From: Macrostomum lignano
Taxonomy: Eukaryota
NCBI GenBank assembly: GCA_002269645.1
Contig: NIVC01001265.1
Span: 124,001-188,000 of the forward strand
Length of the DNA: 64,000 nucleotides
Reading direction: 5' to 3'
Shown: in pieces, positions 60,894 to 64,000 of the stretch
Numbering within the stretch: position 1 is the stretch's first letter
How the letters are laid out: every line of letters starts with the position of its first letter
Position numbers and translations under genes: made by a program
Notes under the pieces: model-generated
Databases searched by the model: none
Told to the model about the DNA's origin: nothing
The model's input: the letters and a program-made list of their open reading frames with translations, nothing else

Positions 60894-63800
60894 ATGACTT
60901 TACCGTCGCTGCTGCTGCTGCTCGCTATTTCGGTGGCGCCGCCAGCCCTTGGCGACCCCGGCGTCGGGACCGTCTGGCCGATGCCCCGGTCGCTGTCCTT
61001 TGGTCCTAGACAGCTGCTATACATGGACAGCACCCGGTTTTCGTTGAACCAGCCAGCCTGCCTGCTGGTCCAGGATGCCATCGTCAGGGCCCGTCGCAGC
61101 ATCTTGGACTCTTCGCTGTGGCCGGAGCCCGCGCCAAGGCTGCAGCGACCGCCGAAGCTGCCGTCGTTAGGCGATTCGTTTCGCAGGCAGTCTGCCTACG
61201 GCGTGACCAGCATGCGGATGCCGGAGCCCGCTGACGCCGCGCCGTCGCCTGTGCCGCTCAGTCTGGTTCGGGTGGAGGTGCAGCGGCCCTGCAACGAGAG
61301 CGGCGGTCGGCTCATGTGGCCCAGCGTCAAGATGAACGAGTCCTGTGAGACATGGGTGGGCGATAGCTAGCGGGTGGATTCGCAATTCATGCAGGCTAGA
61401 CTAGCAATCCATGTAGGATAGTCTAGCAATCCATGTAGGATAGTCTAGCAATCCATGTAGGATAGTCTAGCAATCCATGTAGGCTAGACTAGCAATCCAT
61501 GTAGGATAGTCTAGCAATCCATGTAGGCTAGACTAGCAATCCATGTTGGCTAGAGTAGCAATCCATGTAGGATAGTCTAGCAATCCATGTAGGCTAGACT
61601 AGCAATCCATGTAAGCTGGACTAGCAATCCATGTTGGCTAGACTAGCAATCCATGTAGGCTAGACTAGCAATCCATGTTGGCTAGACTAGCAATCCATGT
61701 AAGCTGGACTAGCAATCCATGTTGGCTAGACTAGCAATCCATGTAAGCTGGACTAGCAATCCATGTAAGCTGGACTAGCAATCCATGTAGGATAGTCTAG
61801 CAATCCATGTAAGCTGGACTAGCAATCCATGTAGGCTAGACTAGCAATCCATGTAAGCTGGACTAGCAATCCATGTAGGATAGTCTAGCAATCCATGTAG
61901 GCTAGACTAGCAATCCATGTAGGATAGTCTAGCAATCCATGTAGGCAAGACTAGCAATCCATGTAGGATAGACTAGCAATCCATGTAGGCTAGACTAGCA
62001 ATCCATGTAAGCTGGACTAGCAATCCATGTAGGATAGTCTAGCAATCCATGTAGGCTAGACTAGCAATCCATGTAGGATAGTCTAGCAATCCATGTAGGC
62101 AAGACTAGCAATCCATGTAGGATAGACTAGCAATCCATGTAGGCTAGACTAGCAATCCATGTAGGCTAGACTAGCAATCCATGTAGGCTAGACTAGCAAT
62201 CCATGTTGGCTAGACTAGCAATCCATGTTGGCTAGACTAGCAATCCATGTCTGGGCCATAACCGTGGCCATGGCTAGACTAGCAATCCATGTAGGCTAGA
62301 CTAGCAATCCATTCTAATCCCCCGTTGCCCCGCCGCAGACACTATCGCAGTTTCTGGCGGCCAGGTGAACATCAGTGCCCCGGAGCCCTGGGGCGCCATG
62401 TACGGCCTGGAGACCCTCGCCCAGCTCATCTCCCGCTATCCGGACGGCACTCTGCGCCTGAACGAGACTGCGGTGTCCGACCAGCCCAGGTTCGCGCACC
62501 GCGGCATCTTGCTGGACACCTCGCGACACTACCTGCCCGTGCGCACCATCATGCAGAATCTGGTACGCCCATTGAGTTATCCTATTAGTAGTTATCCCAC
62601 TGGCAGTTATCCCATTGGCACTTATCCTATTGGCAGTTATCCCATTGGCACTTATCTCATTGGTAGTTATCCCATTGGCACTTATCCTATTGGCAGTTAT
62701 CCCATTGGCACTTATCTCATTGGTAGTTATCCCATTGGCACTTATCCCATTGGTAGTTATCCCATTGGCAGTTATCCCATTGGCAGTTATCCCATTGGCA
62801 GTTATCCCATTGGTAGTTATCCCATTGGCAGTTATCCCGTTGGCACTTGATAGTAATCTCATTGAATTTCAGGACGGCATGGCTTACAACAAAATGAACG
62901 TGTTCCACTGGCACATCGTGGATGATCAAAGCTTCCCATATCAGAGCTACACATTTCCTGAGCTGAGCGACAAGGCAGGGCAAATTATTTTTTTCTGGAT
63001 AATTGAGCGAAATGATTAGATCTGTGTTTGCCTGCTAGATCTGCGAGCGACATGATTAGATCTGTGTTTGCCTGCTAGATCTGCGAGCGACATGATTAGA
63101 TCTGTGTTTGTCTGCTAGATCTGTGAGCGATATAATTAGATCTGTGTTTGTCTGCTAGATCTGTGAGCGACATGATTAGATCTGTGTTTGCCTGCTAGGT
63201 CTGCGAGCGACATTATTAGATCTGTGTTTGTCTGCTAGGTCTGCGAGCAGATTGATTAGATCTGTGAGCAATCAGCTAGATCTGTGAGCAATCTGCTAGA
63301 TCTGTGAGCAATCTGCTAGATCTGTGAGCAATCTGCTAGATCTGTGAGCAATCTGCTAGATCTGTGAGCAGTCTGCTAGATCTGTGAGCAGTCTGCTAGA
63401 TCTGTGAGCAATCTGCTAGATCTGTGAGCTATCAGCTAGATCTGTGAGCAATCTGCTAGATCTGTGAGCAATCTGCTAGATCTGTGAGCAATCTGCTAGA
63501 TCTGTGAGCAGTCTGCTAGATCTGTGAGCAATCTGCTAGATCTGTGAGCTATCAGCTAGATCTGTGAGCAATCTGCTAGATCTGTGAGCAATCTGCTAGA
63601 TCTGTGAGCAATCTGCTAGATCTGTGAGCAATCTGCTAGATCTGTGAGCAATCTGCTAGATCTGTGAGCAATCTGCTAGATCTGTGAGCAATCTGCTAGA
63701 TCTGTGAGCAATCTGCTAGATCTGTGAGCAATCTGCTAGATCAGCTCCCTTTCTAACCCGCAGGGAGCCTACTCTGGCCGGCACGTGTACAGCCAGCAGG

Positions 63801-63958
63801 ACGTGGCCTCGATCGTCGAGCACGCCCGGCGTCGCGGTATTCGCGTTGTCCCCGAGTTCGACACCCCCGGCCACACCCTGTCGTGGGGTGCTGGCCGGCC
63901 AGGCCTGCTCACCGCCTGCTACAACGGCAAGGGATCGCCTGACGGCACCTACGGGCCG
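60894..63958 (+). CDS. HEXB: Beta-N-acetylhexosaminidase (GH20, HEXA/HEXB-like), 5' part; gene continues past the window
   Basis: Exons 60894-61344, 62339-62562, 62873-62974, 63764-63958. Signal peptide [104 protein letters not shown]. Confidence 0.95.
61395..62312. repeat. 22-bp minisatellite (CTAGCAATCCATGTAGGCTAGA), hexosaminidase intron 1
   Basis: Direct tandem copies. Confidence 0.95.
62575..62846. repeat. 15-bp minisatellite (TTATCCCATTGGCAG), hexosaminidase intron 2
   Basis: Direct tandem copies. Confidence 0.93.
63015..63742. repeat. 39-bp array grading into a 20-bp array (TAGATCTGTGAGCAATCTGC), hexosaminidase intron 3
   Basis: Direct tandem copies with a shared TAGATCTGTG core. 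Confidence 0.93.
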
Positions 63959-64000
63959 GTGAGGCTGCCGCGAATGTGTGCGGATTAGGGGGATTATGAG

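Overview
Eukaryotic (animal) genomic DNA with GC- and CpG-rich exons and introns packed with private minisatellites. This style fits the flatworm Macrostomum, but that assignment is an inference. Most ORFs in the supplied track are artefacts of stop-free tandem repeats. Gene models assembled by hand with phase-consistent splice sites: (1) a 16-exon Mesh/SUSD2-like NIDO-IPT-AMOP-VWD-Sushi-TM protein (minus, 2315-16179); (2) a cryptic multipass membrane protein fragment (minus, 17747-23339) whose largest intron holds a complete, intact, spliced hAT transposon (18592-22685, 13-bp TIRs, perfect 8-bp TSD); (3) an intronless HSD17B12-like SDR; (4) a C2CD2/TMEM24-like SMP-C2 protein (plus, 29808-46259); (5) an intronless orphan class A GPCR; (6) PCBD; (7) the 5' part of a GH20 beta-hexosaminidase. 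Also present: a CpG-depleted Merlin/IS1595-like relic, several small non-autonomous elements (one only 51 bp), a CORE-type tRNA SINE, a dispersed repeat and about 35 tandem arrays. Best leads: an apparent intron created by tandem amplification of exon sequence; a PCBD gene with no visible start codon that could use the flatworm spliced-leader AUG; a probably young autonomous hAT; repeated insertion of DNA transposons into minisatellites; and a VNTR of NF-Y boxes in front of the hexosaminidase gene.
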